Shown here one piece after another: positions 48,372 to 58,647 of a stretch of DNA of 64,000 bases. The notes under the pieces are model-generated. The model made no database searches and was not told where the DNA came from. It worked only from the letters and a program-made list of their open reading frames with translations. This stretch comes from an uncultured Sediminibacterium sp. (GTDB lineage: Bacteria > Bacteroidota > Bacteroidia > Chitinophagales > Chitinophagaceae). The stretch is from positions 953 through 64,952 of the forward strand of contig CAZWTV010000001.1 of assembly GCA_964637225.1 (NCBI GenBank). Reading direction: 5' to 3'. Every line of letters starts with the position of its first letter. Position 1 is the stretch's first letter. The position numbers and the translations under genes are program-made.

Positions 48372-49490
48372 ATGAGTATGGTCCTGCTTCGCCTAAAACC
48401 TTTATTGGTATTCAGTTTCATAAGTATTTTCTTATTAAATTCTATGAATGCATGGGCGAATGAAAAACCAGCAACTTCAAAAGAGGAAGGCAGTTTTAAC
48501 GTAACTGAAACCATATTAGAACACATTAAAGACGATCATAGCTGGCATTTATGGGGGCATACTACCATTGCATTACCAGTCATTTTATATACCCCACAAG
48601 GTGTTGAAGTATTTTCATCTTCTCATTTATTAGATGAACATCATGAGCCCATTGTATACAAGGGAAAATTTGATTATAAATTAGTGGAAGGTAAGGTTAA
48701 AATAATGAATGCTGCTGGGGAGCCAGACTTAGTGGCAAATAAAAAATTATGGGATTTTTCTATCACAAAAAATGTAGCTAGCTTATTTGTCTCTGTGATC
48801 ATTTTATTACTTCTTGTTTTAACCGCTGCTAGTGCTTATAAAAAAACGGGAGTTTCAACTGCTCCAAAGGGTCTTCAGTCTTTTATGGAACCCATTGTTT
48901 TATTTGTAAGAGATGAAATTGCACTTCCAAATATTGGCGCGAAGCGTTATGCTAAGTTTATGCCATTTTTATTAACCATTTTCTTTTTAATATTAACGAA
49001 TAACTTTTTAGGTTTGATTCCACTGTTTCCTGGGGGAGCCAATGTGAGTGGAAATATAGCTTTCACAATGACTTTGGCGGTTTGTGTTTTTATAGTGGTG
49101 AATTTGAATTCTAACAAAAACTATTGGGAGCATATATTTTGGATGCCAGGTATGCATTGGTCCATGAAATTATTTTTAGCACCTATTGAATTAATTGGTG
49201 TATTTAACAAACCTATTTCTTTAATGATTCGACTTTTTGCCAATATCACTGCTGGTCATATCTTGGTACTTAGTTTGGTTTGCTTAATTTTTATTTTCAA
49301 AACGGTGTATGCAGCTGCTGTAGCAGTTCCTTTTGTAATTTTTATTTTCATGATTGAATTGTTGGTAGCCTTTCTTCAAGCTTATATATTTACAATGCTT
49401 ACTGCAATGTATATTGGAATGTCTGCTGAAGAAGGACATCATGATCATCATGAGCCTAGTGAAACAAATAAAGAATTAGCACATCATTAA
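48372..49490 (+). CDS. atpB: F0F1 ATP synthase subunit a
   Basis: 372 aa; Bacteroidota-type long N-terminal extension, then conserved LMIRLFANITAGH region. Confidence 0.92.
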   Translation: MSMVLLRLKPLLVFSFISIFLLNSMNAWANEKPATSKEEGSFNVTETILEHIKDDHSWHLWGHTTIALPVILYTPQGVEVFSSSHLLDEHHEPIVYKGKFDYKLVEGKVKIMNAAGEPDLVANKKLWDFSITKNVASLFVSVIILLLLVLTAASAYKKTGVSTAPKGLQSFMEPIVLFVRDEIALPNIGAKRYAKFMPFLLTIFFLILTNNFLGLIPLFPGGANVSGNIAFTMTLAVCVFIVVNLNSNKNYWEHIFWMPGMHWSMKLFLAPIELIGVFNKPISLMIRLFANITAGHILVLSLVCLIFIFKTVYAAAVAVPFVIFIFMIELLVAFLQAYIFTMLTAMYIGMSAEEGHHDHHEPSETNKELAHH

Positions 49491-49519
49491 TCATATAATT
49501 TTAAATTTTTTTTCAATAA

Positions 49520-49750
<231 letters not shown>

Positions 49751-49775
49751 TCGATCAAAAGATTTCCAAAATAGT

Positions 49776-49805
49776 GTATGCCCTAGCACAGGGCGATGGG
49801 CATAC
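49776..49805 (+). other. Intercistronic stem-loop between atpE and atpF
   Basis: GTATGCCC (49776-49783) pairs with GGGCATAC (49798-49805); followed by a T-rich but interrupted tract (tctatttta). Confidence 0.5.
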
Positions 49806-49862
49806 TCTATTTTAAACCAAGGTTCAAAAAAAGTTAACATAAAATAAGATAAATTAAGCATT

Positions 49863-50372
49863 ATGTTTTTAGAAATAAACCCATTAGTGTTGCCAGATAT
49901 TGGATTGGTATTTTGGAACACGGTAGCCTTTCTTGGATTATTAGTGGTGCTAGGCAAGTTTGCATGGAAACCAATGTTAAAAGCTATTGCTGATAGAGAA
50001 AAAGGTATTGAAGATTCTCTAGCCAAAGCCGATAAAATGAAAGCAGATTTATCTGCTATGCAAAATGAAAACGAAGCTTTATTGGCAAAAGCCAGAGAAG
50101 AGAGGGCCACTCTTATTAAAGAAGCGAAGGAAGCTTCTGAAAAAATGGTTGCCGATGCTAAATTGAAGGCAAAATCTGAATACGAAAGAATTGTAGCTGA
50201 TGCGCAATTAGCTATTCATCAACAAAAAAATGCTGCACTCACCGAAGTTAAAAATCAAGTGGGGAATTTGGTGGTTGAAGTGGCAGAGAAAGTATTAAGA
50301 CGTGAACTTACCAATAAAGTAGAGCAAGAAAAGTATATTAAACAATTAGCAGACGAAGTTAAGTTAAACTAA
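49863..50372 (+). CDS. atpF: F0F1 ATP synthase subunit b
   Basis: 169 aa; single N-terminal TM helix and a long charged helix. Confidence 0.9.
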   Translation: MFLEINPLVLPDIGLVFWNTVAFLGLLVVLGKFAWKPMLKAIADREKGIEDSLAKADKMKADLSAMQNENEALLAKAREERATLIKEAKEASEKMVADAKLKAKSEYERIVADAQLAIHQQKNAALTEVKNQVGNLVVEVAEKVLRRELTNKVEQEKYIKQLADEVKLN

Positions 50373-50382
50373 ATTTTAAAAA

Positions 50383-50943
50383 ATGTCCAACGCACGTTTA
50401 GCAAATAGATACGCAAAGAGTTTATTGGACTTGGCCGTTGAGCAAGGTCAATTAGAGGCAGTGTATGCAGACATGAAACATATTCAGATGGTTTGTAAGG
50501 CGAGTGGTGAATTTGTAAATATGTTGCGTAGTCCCATTATAAAGGCCGATCAAAAAAATAGCATTATTGGAGAAGTATTAAAAAATAAAATTGGTCATCT
50601 AACCCTTTCTTTTACAGTATTATTAGTGAAAAAAGGTAGAGAATTTGAACTTCCGGAAATGGCCACCGCTTTTATTGAACAGTACAATACTATTAAAGGT
50701 ATTCATCAAGTTACATTAACTACGGCAGTAGCTATCAGTGAAGAAATTAAAAAATCTATTGAGCAAAAAGTAGCTAATGCTGTTCATTTTAAAACTATTG
50801 AATTAACTACTAAAACAGATGAAGATTTAATTGGAGGATTTGTGTTAGAGTTTAATAATAATTTAGTGGATGCAAGTATTGCTAGAGATTTAAAAGATAT
50901 CAAAAAGCAATTTTTAAATAATCATTACATTAGTAAAATATAA
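50383..50943 (+). CDS. atpH: F0F1 ATP synthase subunit delta (OSCP)
   Basis: 186 aa; RYAKSLLDLA N-terminus, LIGGFVLEF near the C-terminus. Confidence 0.9.
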   Translation: MSNARLANRYAKSLLDLAVEQGQLEAVYADMKHIQMVCKASGEFVNMLRSPIIKADQKNSIIGEVLKNKIGHLTLSFTVLLVKKGREFELPEMATAFIEQYNTIKGIHQVTLTTAVAISEEIKKSIEQKVANAVHFKTIELTTKTDEDLIGGFVLEFNNNLVDASIARDLKDIKKQFLNNHYISKI

Positions 50944-50968
50944 ACAATCATATCTAAAATAGACTTTT

Positions 50969-52546
50969 ATGGCGGAGATCAAACCAGATGAAATTTCGGC
51001 GATTCTTAGACAACAACTAAGCAATTTTAACGCTTCTGCAGAGTTGGAGGAAGTGGGAACTGTATTACAAGTGGGCGATGGTATTGCTCGTGTATATGGT
51101 TTGAATGGTGTTAGAAGTGGTGAATTAGTGGAATTTGAGAACGGCGTAAAAGCAATTGCCTTAAACCTTGAAGAAGATAATGTGGGTGTGGTATTGATGG
51201 GTGATAGTAAGTCAATCAAAGAAGGTAATAAAGTAAAAAGAACCGGTGAAATTGCTTCTATCAAAGTGGGTGATGGTTTAGCAGGCCGTGTTATTAATAC
51301 TTTGGGAGAACCCGTTGATGGAAAAGGTCCTATTAAAGGTGAATTGTATGAAATGCCTTTGGAGCGTAAAGCACCAGGAGTTATTTTCCGTGAGCCAGTT
51401 AAAGAACCTCTACAAACTGGAATTAAAGCCATTGATGCCATGATTCCTATTGGACGTGGTCAGCGTGAATTAGTAATTGGCGATCGTCAAACAGGTAAAA
51501 CGGCAATTTGTATTGATACTATTATCAATCAAAAAGAGTTTTATGATGCCGGCAAACCAGTATATTGTATTTATGTAGCCATTGGTCAGAAAGCTTCTAC
51601 CATTGCAGGTGTTATGAAAACATTAGAAGATAATGGTGCAATGGCATATACTACTATTGTAGCTGCCCCTGCGGCAGATCCTGCACCACTTCAATTCTAT
51701 GCTCCATTTGCAGGAGCAGCTATTGGTGAATTTTTCCGTGATACTGGTCGTCCTGCATTAATTGTATATGATGACTTATCTAAGCAAGCCGTGGCTTATC
51801 GTGAAGTATCTTTATTATTACGTCGCCCTCCAGGACGTGAGGCTTACCCAGGCGATGTTTTCTATTTGCATAGTCGTTTGTTAGAACGTGCAGCTAAAGT
51901 TATAGCCAATGACGACGTAGCTAAGAATATGAATGATTTACCTGCTTCTATCAAGCATTTGGTAAAAGGTGGCGGATCTTTAACTGCTTTACCCATTATT
52001 GAAACACAAGCTGGCGACGTTTCTGCCTATATTCCTACCAACGTAATTTCTATTACTGATGGACAAATCTTTTTAGAAGGTAATTTATTTAACTCTGGTA
52101 TTCGTCCTGCGATTAACGTAGGTATCTCTGTGAGTCGTGTAGGAGGTAGTGCACAAATTAAATCCATGAAAAAAGTATCTGGTACTTTAAAATTAGACCA
52201 GGCCTTATATCGTGAATTAGAAGCCTTTTCTAAATTTGGTGGAGACCTAGATGCTGCAACAAAATCGGTAATTGATAAAGGAGCCAGAAACGTTGAAATA
52301 TTGAAGCAAGCTCAATACACTCCTTTTACAGTTGAAAAACAAGTGGCTATCATATATTTAGGAACTAATGGATTATTGAAAGAAGTGCCTGTATCCAAAG
52401 TAAAAGAATTTGAAACACATTTCTTACTTGAGATGAGTAATAAGTTACCTAATGTATTGGCTGAATTTAAAAAAGGTAATTTACCTGAAGAGGGATTAAA
52501 GCAAATGGTTGAATTGGCCAATAGCATTATACCTCAATACAAATAA
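50969..52546 (+). CDS. atpA: F0F1 ATP synthase subunit alpha
   Basis: 525 aa; Walker A GDRQTGKT, canonical alpha sequence throughout. Confidence 0.97.
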   Translation: MAEIKPDEISAILRQQLSNFNASAELEEVGTVLQVGDGIARVYGLNGVRSGELVEFENGVKAIALNLEEDNVGVVLMGDSKSIKEGNKVKRTGEIASIKVGDGLAGRVINTLGEPVDGKGPIKGELYEMPLERKAPGVIFREPVKEPLQTGIKAIDAMIPIGRGQRELVIGDRQTGKTAICIDTIINQKEFYDAGKPVYCIYVAIGQKASTIAGVMKTLEDNGAMAYTTIVAAPAADPAPLQFYAPFAGAAIGEFFRDTGRPALIVYDDLSKQAVAYREVSLLLRRPPGREAYPGDVFYLHSRLLERAAKVIANDDVAKNMNDLPASIKHLVKGGGSLTALPIIETQAGDVSAYIPTNVISITDGQIFLEGNLFNSGIRPAINVGISVSRVGGSAQIKSMKKVSGTLKLDQALYRELEAFSKFGGDLDAATKSVIDKGARNVEILKQAQYTPFTVEKQVAIIYLGTNGLLKEVPVSKVKEFETHFLLEMSNKLPNVLAEFKKGNLPEEGLKQMVELANSIIPQYK

Positions 52547-52570
52547 TAGTATTGTAATGTAAATTGATAC

Positions 52571-52599
52571 AAAACCCCGAACTATGTTTGGGGTTTTTT
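52571..52599 (+). terminator. Intrinsic terminator after atpA
   Basis: AAAACCCCGAA / TTTGGGGTTTT stem, 5-nt loop, T6 tract; overlaps the track's spurious upstream start of the next ORF. Confidence 0.85.
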
Positions 52600-52610
52600 G
52601 TTATTTAATT

Positions 52611-53516
52611 ATGGAGATTATAAAAGTTGAAAATATTAGTAAGTGTTTTGGTGCCATCAAAGCAGTTGATGAGCTTAGCTTTAAAGTAGAACAAGGACAG
52701 GTATTTGGTTTTTTGGGTCAAAATGGATCTGGTAAAAGTACAACCATACGAATGTTGCTTTCTTTAATATATCCAAGTGCTGGCAATATAGAGCTATTTG
52801 GAAAGTCATTAGAAAATAATAGAGAAATTTTATTAGAACAAGTTGGAGCTATTATTGAAAGACCCGATTTGTATCCTTATTTAAGTGCATTGGAGCATTT
52901 ACAATTATTTTCTAAAATTAGAAAGCAAAAAATTCACGCTCAAAATATTCAAAAAACTTTGGAAAAAGTAGGATTGGCGCATCGGGCAAATGATAAGGTC
53001 CAAACATTTTCACTAGGAATGAAACAGCGTCTAGGAATAGCCATTGCCTTGGTCCACAACCCAAATCTAATTATTTTAGATGAGCCTACTAATGGCTTGG
53101 ATCCACAAGGCATTGCAGATATTCGTACTTTGATACAGTATTTAGCAAAAGAAGAGGGTAAGACTGTTTTTGTTTCTTCACATTTACTTTCTGAAGTGGA
53201 ACAAGTTGCTCATCAAATATTAATAATTCATCAAGGTAAAAAAATGGTGGAGGGAGCAACTAAAGAATTGCTAGATCCAGAAAAAAGAATTGTTCAAATT
53301 AAAACTACAAATGATTCTTTAGCCTTGTCAACCATTGGTGCGAGTTACTTTGAGAAATATTTATTACCTAGAAAAGAAGGCATATTTTTAAAATTACCTA
53401 CTTTGGATATTGCTGTTCTCAATGAGCGTCTAGTTAAATCGGGTATAGAGGTCTTAGGTATAGAAACTAAGAATTCTTTAGAAGATTATTTTTTACAAAT
53501 TACTTCAAACGCATAA
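52611..53516 (+). CDS. ABC transporter ATP-binding protein (ABC-2/BcrA-like subfamily)
   Basis: Start moved to MEIIKVENISK; Walker A GQNGSGKST, signature FSLGMKQR, Walker B LIILDEPTNGLD. Confidence 0.88.
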   Translation: MEIIKVENISKCFGAIKAVDELSFKVEQGQVFGFLGQNGSGKSTTIRMLLSLIYPSAGNIELFGKSLENNREILLEQVGAIIERPDLYPYLSALEHLQLFSKIRKQKIHAQNIQKTLEKVGLAHRANDKVQTFSLGMKQRLGIAIALVHNPNLIILDEPTNGLDPQGIADIRTLIQYLAKEEGKTVFVSSHLLSEVEQVAHQILIIHQGKKMVEGATKELLDPEKRIVQIKTTNDSLALSTIGASYFEKYLLPRKEGIFLKLPTLDIAVLNERLVKSGIEVLGIETKNSLEDYFLQITSNA

Positions 53517-53518
53517 TT

Positions 53519-54394
53519 ATGTGGTCTCTGATTCAAATAGAATTATATAAAATTTTCAGACGTCCTAGAACCTATATTGCATTTGGCGCTATTGCAGCAT
53601 TAATTATAGTGATTCAGTTAGGATTAAAAATAGATGGAGAGGCTTATGCTAGTTTTTTAATGAAAGATATCAAAGATACACTAACAGTGGACGGTAAGGT
53701 TTTAAATGGATATTTAATTTGTTACATTTTATTGCAATTACTTTTAGTACACGTGCCCTTATTGGTAGCTTTAATTGCAGCAGATATGATTTCAGGGGAA
53801 GCCAATTTAGGAACGTTACGCTTACTCTTGAGTACACCCAATAGTAGGACTAAATGGGTACTTGCAAAGTTCGTTGCAGCAAGCATTTACACCATTTTAT
53901 TATTAATTTGGTTAGCATTTTTAGCTCTCTTTGTTAGTATGTGGATATTTGGAACTGACGATTTATTTTTGATGAAGTCCAATTATGTAGTACTTATTCA
54001 ACAAAACGATGTGCTTTGGCGGTATGTGGGCGCTTTTGTGTTTGCTAGTTTTTCATTATTAACAGTTACTAGCCTTGGGTTTTTATTATCAACTTTATCT
54101 AACAACTCAATAGGACCTATTGTAGGTACCATGAGTGCTATTGTGTTTTTTACCATTTTAAGTACGCTGAACATACCTTTATTTAATCTAGTAAAGCCTT
54201 ACTTGTTTACAACACATATGAATAACTGGAAGGAATTCTTTGATATCAAAGTAAATATCAACAACGAAGCCATTATGGGAAGTATTCTAAATATTCCAAA
54301 AATTAAGACCTCTTTAGTAGTTTTGTTGCTACACATTATATTATTTGTGACCGCTTCTATATTTATTATCAAGAAAAAAGATATACTTAGTTAA
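53519..54394 (+). CDS. ABC-2 type transporter permease
   Basis: 291 aa; six TM segments with a large first extracytoplasmic loop; start 2 nt after the ATPase stop. Confidence 0.75.
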   Translation: MWSLIQIELYKIFRRPRTYIAFGAIAALIIVIQLGLKIDGEAYASFLMKDIKDTLTVDGKVLNGYLICYILLQLLLVHVPLLVALIAADMISGEANLGTLRLLLSTPNSRTKWVLAKFVAASIYTILLLIWLAFLALFVSMWIFGTDDLFLMKSNYVVLIQQNDVLWRYVGAFVFASFSLLTVTSLGFLLSTLSNNSIGPIVGTMSAIVFFTILSTLNIPLFNLVKPYLFTTHMNNWKEFFDIKVNINNEAIMGSILNIPKIKTSLVVLLLHIILFVTASIFIIKKKDILS

Positions 54395-54395
54395 C

Positions 54396-55106
54396 ATGAT
54401 TAACAAAACATCGAAATATAGAATAAGTTACTTTATTTTACTTGCTTTGGGGTTACTGCTAGCATTACCCAATATGGCCCAAAGCGACCCTTTGATTGAA
54501 AAAGTGAGTCAAAAATTAAGTCAGGTAAATGACTATGTAGCAGACGGGGTTATGAAAACAGACGTTTCATTTATTAAAGCCTCTTTAGGTAAAGTAAAAG
54601 TATATTTTAAAAAACCCAACTTGTTAAAAGTAAAAAAAGAAGGAGGCATATCTCTATTACCTAGAGGGGGTGTTTCACTAACTATTAATTCATTATTAAA
54701 TACAAAACAGTATAGCACTATTGCAGCTGGAAATCAGGTTTTAAATGGAAAAAAATTAACAGTAATTAAATTAATTCCTATTGATGATAATGTAGACTGG
54801 GTAATTTCTACCTTATGGATTGATCCTGTGGAGGCACTGGTCTATAAGACTGCTACTACCACAAAGGAAAATGGTAGTTATGAAATATTTATGCAATATG
54901 GAGAATATGCTCAACAAGGATTGGCCAGTAAAATTATTTTTAGTTTTAATACCAAAGATTATAAGTTACCTAATGGTATAACTTTAGAATTTGGAGATGA
55001 AGACCCCAATGCAAAACAAAGGACACTTAAAAATAATAAAGGGACTATTGAAATAACTTATTCAAAGTATATTATTAACAAAGGCATACCTAATAATATT
55101 TTTTAA
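54396..55106 (+). CDS. LolA-like / outer-membrane lipoprotein-sorting-like protein
   Basis: 236 aa; signal peptide then all-beta-looking sequence resembling LolA-like (DUF4367-type) proteins; start 1 nt after the permease stop. Confidence 0.55.
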   Translation: MINKTSKYRISYFILLALGLLLALPNMAQSDPLIEKVSQKLSQVNDYVADGVMKTDVSFIKASLGKVKVYFKKPNLLKVKKEGGISLLPRGGVSLTINSLLNTKQYSTIAAGNQVLNGKKLTVIKLIPIDDNVDWVISTLWIDPVEALVYKTATTTKENGSYEIFMQYGEYAQQGLASKIIFSFNTKDYKLPNGITLEFGDEDPNAKQRTLKNNKGTIEITYSKYIINKGIPNNIF

Positions 55107-55108
55107 TA

Positions 55109-55741
55109 ATGCGTGCAATTTTTTTTATTTTAATTTTTTCATTTTGTCTACTAAAAAGTCAAGCACAAACAACTAATTTTTTTAAAAATATAGAATTGGC
55201 TGTTTTACAGTTTGATAAAAGTCAAACTAAGCAAGACTATATAATTGTTTTTCAGAAAATGGAAGAATTATATAAAGAAAACTCCCATGAATGGCTGCCG
55301 GCCTATTATGCTAGTTTAATTAAAGCTAGAATGGCCATGAAAAAAATGGGAAATGCTGACGATTTAGCCGATGATGCCATACAATGGCTACAGATTACCA
55401 AGTCACTGCATAATAGCGATGAAGTTTTATGTTTAGAGAGCTTGGTGTATACTGCAAAAATGTCTGTGAGTCCTACTTTTAGATGGTTATCATTTGAATC
55501 AAAAATTAAAACCCCTTTAGAACAAGCTATAGCTTTGAATAAAAATAATCCAAGAGCTTATTTATTACAAGCAAGTGTACAATCTAAAATACCTGTTTTA
55601 TTGGGAGGGGGATGTACGGCTATAAAACCTATGCTTCAAAAGGCAAAAACTAGCTTTGAGGCACAGAAAGAGGAATTTACTATTAAGCCACATTGGGGAA
55701 GACCCTTGCTGGCTGAATTATTGAAGGCATGCCCTTTATAA
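55109..55741 (+). CDS. Secreted helical-repeat protein, function unknown
   Basis: 210 aa; signal peptide (..LLKSQAQ), predominantly helical TPR-like composition; start 2 nt after the preceding stop. Confidence 0.5.
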   Translation: MRAIFFILIFSFCLLKSQAQTTNFFKNIELAVLQFDKSQTKQDYIIVFQKMEELYKENSHEWLPAYYASLIKARMAMKKMGNADDLADDAIQWLQITKSLHNSDEVLCLESLVYTAKMSVSPTFRWLSFESKIKTPLEQAIALNKNNPRAYLLQASVQSKIPVLLGGGCTAIKPMLQKAKTSFEAQKEEFTIKPHWGRPLLAELLKACPL

Positions 55742-55752
55742 TAAAAACTAGT

Positions 55753-56850
55753 TTATCCTTCATTTTCATTTAATCTCTCATCTATGGCACCTGCAAACAT
55801 TCTTGCACTAATTTTCTTGAGTGGATTTAAATACCTGTGATGGTATCCTTGTCTAGCATGAATAATTCTAACACATTCAAATATACTTGCTGTAAAAGAG
55901 CCTGCGTCAGCTTTATTTTTTCCTGCAATGTCAAAGGCAGTTCCATGATCGGGGCTAGTTCGAACGATAGGAAGTCCTGCTGTGAAATTTACTCCTTCAC
56001 CAAATGCCAATGATTTAAATGGAATTAAGCCTTGATCGTGATACATAGCTAATACTCCATCAAATTTTTCATGTGAACCTCTAGCAAAGAAAGCATCTGC
56101 AGAATAGGGTCCGTAAACCAACATTTGTGTTTTACTTTCTTTGATCGCAGGTTTTATAATTTCAATTTCTTCTTTACCAATGAGACCCTCATCACCTGCA
56201 TGTGGGTTCAATGCTAATACGGCTATACGAGGAGCATCGATACCAAAATCTTTTTTCAAACTACTATTTAAAATAGTAAGTTTCTGTTTTATTTTATCTT
56301 TTGTAATATGTTTACCTACTTCCTGAATGGTAATATGTTCTGTTACTAAAGCCATTCTTAAATTTTCAGCTACTAATAGCATTAAGTTTTCAGTATTACC
56401 AAAAGCTGCTTGTAAGTAGGGAGTGTGACCACTAAAATTAAAATGGGGGGATTGAATATTTTTTTTATGAATGGGGGCAGTTACTATTCCATCAACTTGT
56501 TTATTTTTTAAGGCATTGACAGCTGCTTCCAGAGATAGTAAAGCATATTTACCTCCTGTTTCAGTTAACTCACCTGGTGTAATAGCAACTTCCTCTTCCC
56601 AACAATTGACTAAATTGATTTGTTTTAAATTAAGTTTAGAAAGGTCGTTCGTTGCTGCGAAATGAATGTTGTATTCTGGTAAACTCTTTTTATAAAAGTT
56701 AATACACTTATTATTTGCAAAAATAACAGGTATAATGAATTCAAGAATTCTGTTGTCTGAGAGTGACTTTATTATTAATTCAATACCTATACCATTTAAA
56801 TCACCGCAGGTAAAGCCAATGATAGGTTTTTTAATATCTGACATATCCAT
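55753..56850 (-). CDS. pdxA: 4-hydroxythreonine-4-phosphate dehydrogenase
   Basis: Start moved to MDMSDIKKPIIGFTCGDLNGIG; C-terminal TSPDHGTAFDIAGK motif. Confidence 0.9.
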   Translation of the reverse strand: MDMSDIKKPIIGFTCGDLNGIGIELIIKSLSDNRILEFIIPVIFANNKCINFYKKSLPEYNIHFAATNDLSKLNLKQINLVNCWEEEVAITPGELTETGGKYALLSLEAAVNALKNKQVDGIVTAPIHKKNIQSPHFNFSGHTPYLQAAFGNTENLMLLVAENLRMALVTEHITIQEVGKHITKDKIKQKLTILNSSLKKDFGIDAPRIAVLALNPHAGDEGLIGKEEIEIIKPAIKESKTQMLVYGPYSADAFFARGSHEKFDGVLAMYHDQGLIPFKSLAFGEGVNFTAGLPIVRTSPDHGTAFDIAGKNKADAGSFTASIFECVRIIHARQGYHHRYLNPLKKISARMFAGAIDERLNENEG

Positions 56851-56882
56851 TTTATTAGGCTGTAAAAGTACGCACAAAAACC

Positions 56883-56890
56883 TAACTTTG
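56883..56890 (+). promoter_or_regulatory. -7 promoter box (TAACTTTG) for rsmA; predicted leaderless
   Basis: Exact TAnnTTTG, 4 nt before ATG 56895. Confidence 0.5.
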
Positions 56891-56894
56891 CTTC

Positions 56895-57656
56895 ATGCCA
56901 TACACGCTAAAAAAATCATTAGGGCAGCATTTTTTAAATGATGTACAAATAGTTCATAAAATCAAGGCTGTATTGGAGCAGCAGCCCATAAGTCAATTGT
57001 TAGAAGTGGGGCCCGGAGCGGGTGCTTTAACACAGTATATACATGCTATTCCAACTGTATCTTTTAAGGCTATTGAAATTGATAGGGAAAAAGTTATGTA
57101 TCTCATACAAACATATCCTTTTTTAAAAGATAAATTGATTCTTTCTGATATTTTAGAGACCGCCCTTCCTTTTGATAAAGAGTTTGTAGTAGTGGGTAAT
57201 TTTCCATATAATATTTCTACTCAAATTGTATTTAAAATTTTATCATGGAAGCAGCACATGCCCATGATGGTGGGTATGTTTCAAAAAGAAGTAGCTGAAA
57301 GAATTGCAGCCAAACCTAATTCAAAAGCATATGGAATTTTGAGTGTTTTAACTCAAGCTTTTTATGATGTTACTTATTTATTTGATGTTCCTCCTACTGC
57401 ATTTACGCCACCACCTAAAGTAATGAGTGGCGTGATACAATTAAAAAGAAAAAATGAATTTCCCTCTTTTGCTTCTGAAAAATTATTTTTTCATTTAGTA
57501 AAAATGGCATTTGGACAAAGAAGAAAAATGTTAAGAAACCCTCTAAAGCCTTATTTTAGTGCTACACAATTACAAGAACCTATTTTTACTAAAAGAGCAG
57601 AGAATCTTACCTTTGAAGACTTTGCAGCTTTAACTTTTAAAATGCATAATTCATAG
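56895..57656 (+). CDS. rsmA: 16S rRNA (adenine1518/1519-N6)-dimethyltransferase
   Basis: 253 aa; LGQHFL, SAM motif EVGPGAGALT, GNFPYNIST. Confidence 0.93.
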   Translation: MPYTLKKSLGQHFLNDVQIVHKIKAVLEQQPISQLLEVGPGAGALTQYIHAIPTVSFKAIEIDREKVMYLIQTYPFLKDKLILSDILETALPFDKEFVVVGNFPYNISTQIVFKILSWKQHMPMMVGMFQKEVAERIAAKPNSKAYGILSVLTQAFYDVTYLFDVPPTAFTPPPKVMSGVIQLKRKNEFPSFASEKLFFHLVKMAFGQRRKMLRNPLKPYFSATQLQEPIFTKRAENLTFEDFAALTFKMHNS

Positions 57657-57657
57657 A

Positions 57658-58587
57658 ATGGCATTACAAATAATTATAACAGCACCTGTTCACGATTTTT
57701 TATTGAATACACTTCATCATAAAGGGTATGAAGTGCTCTATGAGCCTAGTATAAGTTATGAGGAATTGATGCAAAAAATTGAAACGGCTCATGGGTTGAT
57801 TGTTACTACTCGTTTAAAAATTGATGCCCCCATCTTAGAAAAAGCTTATCAGCTTCAGTGGATTGGACGAATAGGTAGTGGTATGGAATTAATTGATACT
57901 GAATTAGCAGCCTCAAAAAATATCAAGTGTGTAAGTAGCCCCGAGGGGAATAAAACTGCAGTAGCGGAACACAGTTTAGGTTTATTATTAAGTTTAATGC
58001 ATCGCATTCAAAGTTCTTATCAAGAAGTGAAGCAGGGGAAATGGATTCGTGATGCTAATAGAGGAGAGGAGCTTTCTGGTAAGACAATTGGCATTATTGG
58101 ATTGGGAAATACTGGATCTGCTTTTGCAAAACTCCTTTCAGGATTTGATGTAAAAATATTAGCACATGATATCTATAAAACTGGATTTGAAAGCTCAACT
58201 GTAAAAGCGGCTACTTTGGAAATGATTCAAGCTAATGCAGATATTATAAGTTTACATTTACCTCTTACGGCATTGACTTATCATTATGCAAATACTAATT
58301 TTTTTAATGCATTACAAAGAAAGCCCTATTTTATAAGTACTTGTAGAGGAGCTATTACTCATACTGAAGCTTTATTAGAGGCGCTAAAAAATCAACAAAT
58401 TAAAGGGGTGGGTTTAGATGTACTTGAAAAGGAACCCATTGGCCTTCATTCTAAGCAGGAAATGGCTGTTTTAGAAGCACTTATGAAGCATCCCCATTGC
58501 ATTATCACACCTCATATTGCAGGATATAGTCATGAGGCTTATTTTAAAATGTCCCAATTGGTTTTGGAAAAATTAGGCATCATTTAA
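57658..58587 (+). CDS. D-isomer-specific 2-hydroxyacid dehydrogenase family protein (SerA/PdxB-like)
   Basis: 309 aa; NAD-binding GIIGLGNTGSAFA, catalytic R/E/H region (..ITPHIAGYS). Confidence 0.8.
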   Translation: MALQIIITAPVHDFLLNTLHHKGYEVLYEPSISYEELMQKIETAHGLIVTTRLKIDAPILEKAYQLQWIGRIGSGMELIDTELAASKNIKCVSSPEGNKTAVAEHSLGLLLSLMHRIQSSYQEVKQGKWIRDANRGEELSGKTIGIIGLGNTGSAFAKLLSGFDVKILAHDIYKTGFESSTVKAATLEMIQANADIISLHLPLTALTYHYANTNFFNALQRKPYFISTCRGAITHTEALLEALKNQQIKGVGLDVLEKEPIGLHSKQEMAVLEALMKHPHCIITPHIAGYSHEAYFKMSQLVLEKLGII

Positions 58588-58598
58588 CCAATATTTTA

Positions 58599-58606
58599 TA
58601 TCTTTG
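58599..58606 (+). promoter_or_regulatory. -7 promoter box (TATCTTTG) upstream of greA
   Basis: Exact TAnnTTTG 56 nt before ATG 58663, between the dehydrogenase stop (58587) and the hairpin at 58614. Confidence 0.45.
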
Positions 58607-58613
58607 TGTTATG

Positions 58614-58647
58614 CAACGCCTCAGAGATGTGGCGTTGTATTTTTTTA
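58614..58647 (+). terminator. Intrinsic terminator-like hairpin in the dehydrogenase-greA spacer / greA leader
   Basis: CAACGCC (58614-58620) pairs with GGCGTTG (58631-58637), 10-nt loop, then TATTTTTTT. Confidence 0.7.

Noticed and set aside
50914-51441. 175-aa ORF antisense to atpA. Similar antisense ORFs occur at 49736-50110, 58596-58952, 20079-20432, 38797-39084 and 24249-24560
   Set aside because: They lie fully inside well-supported conserved genes on the opposite strand and have low-complexity S/P/L/T-rich translations with no motifs. They are typical stop-poor antisense frames.
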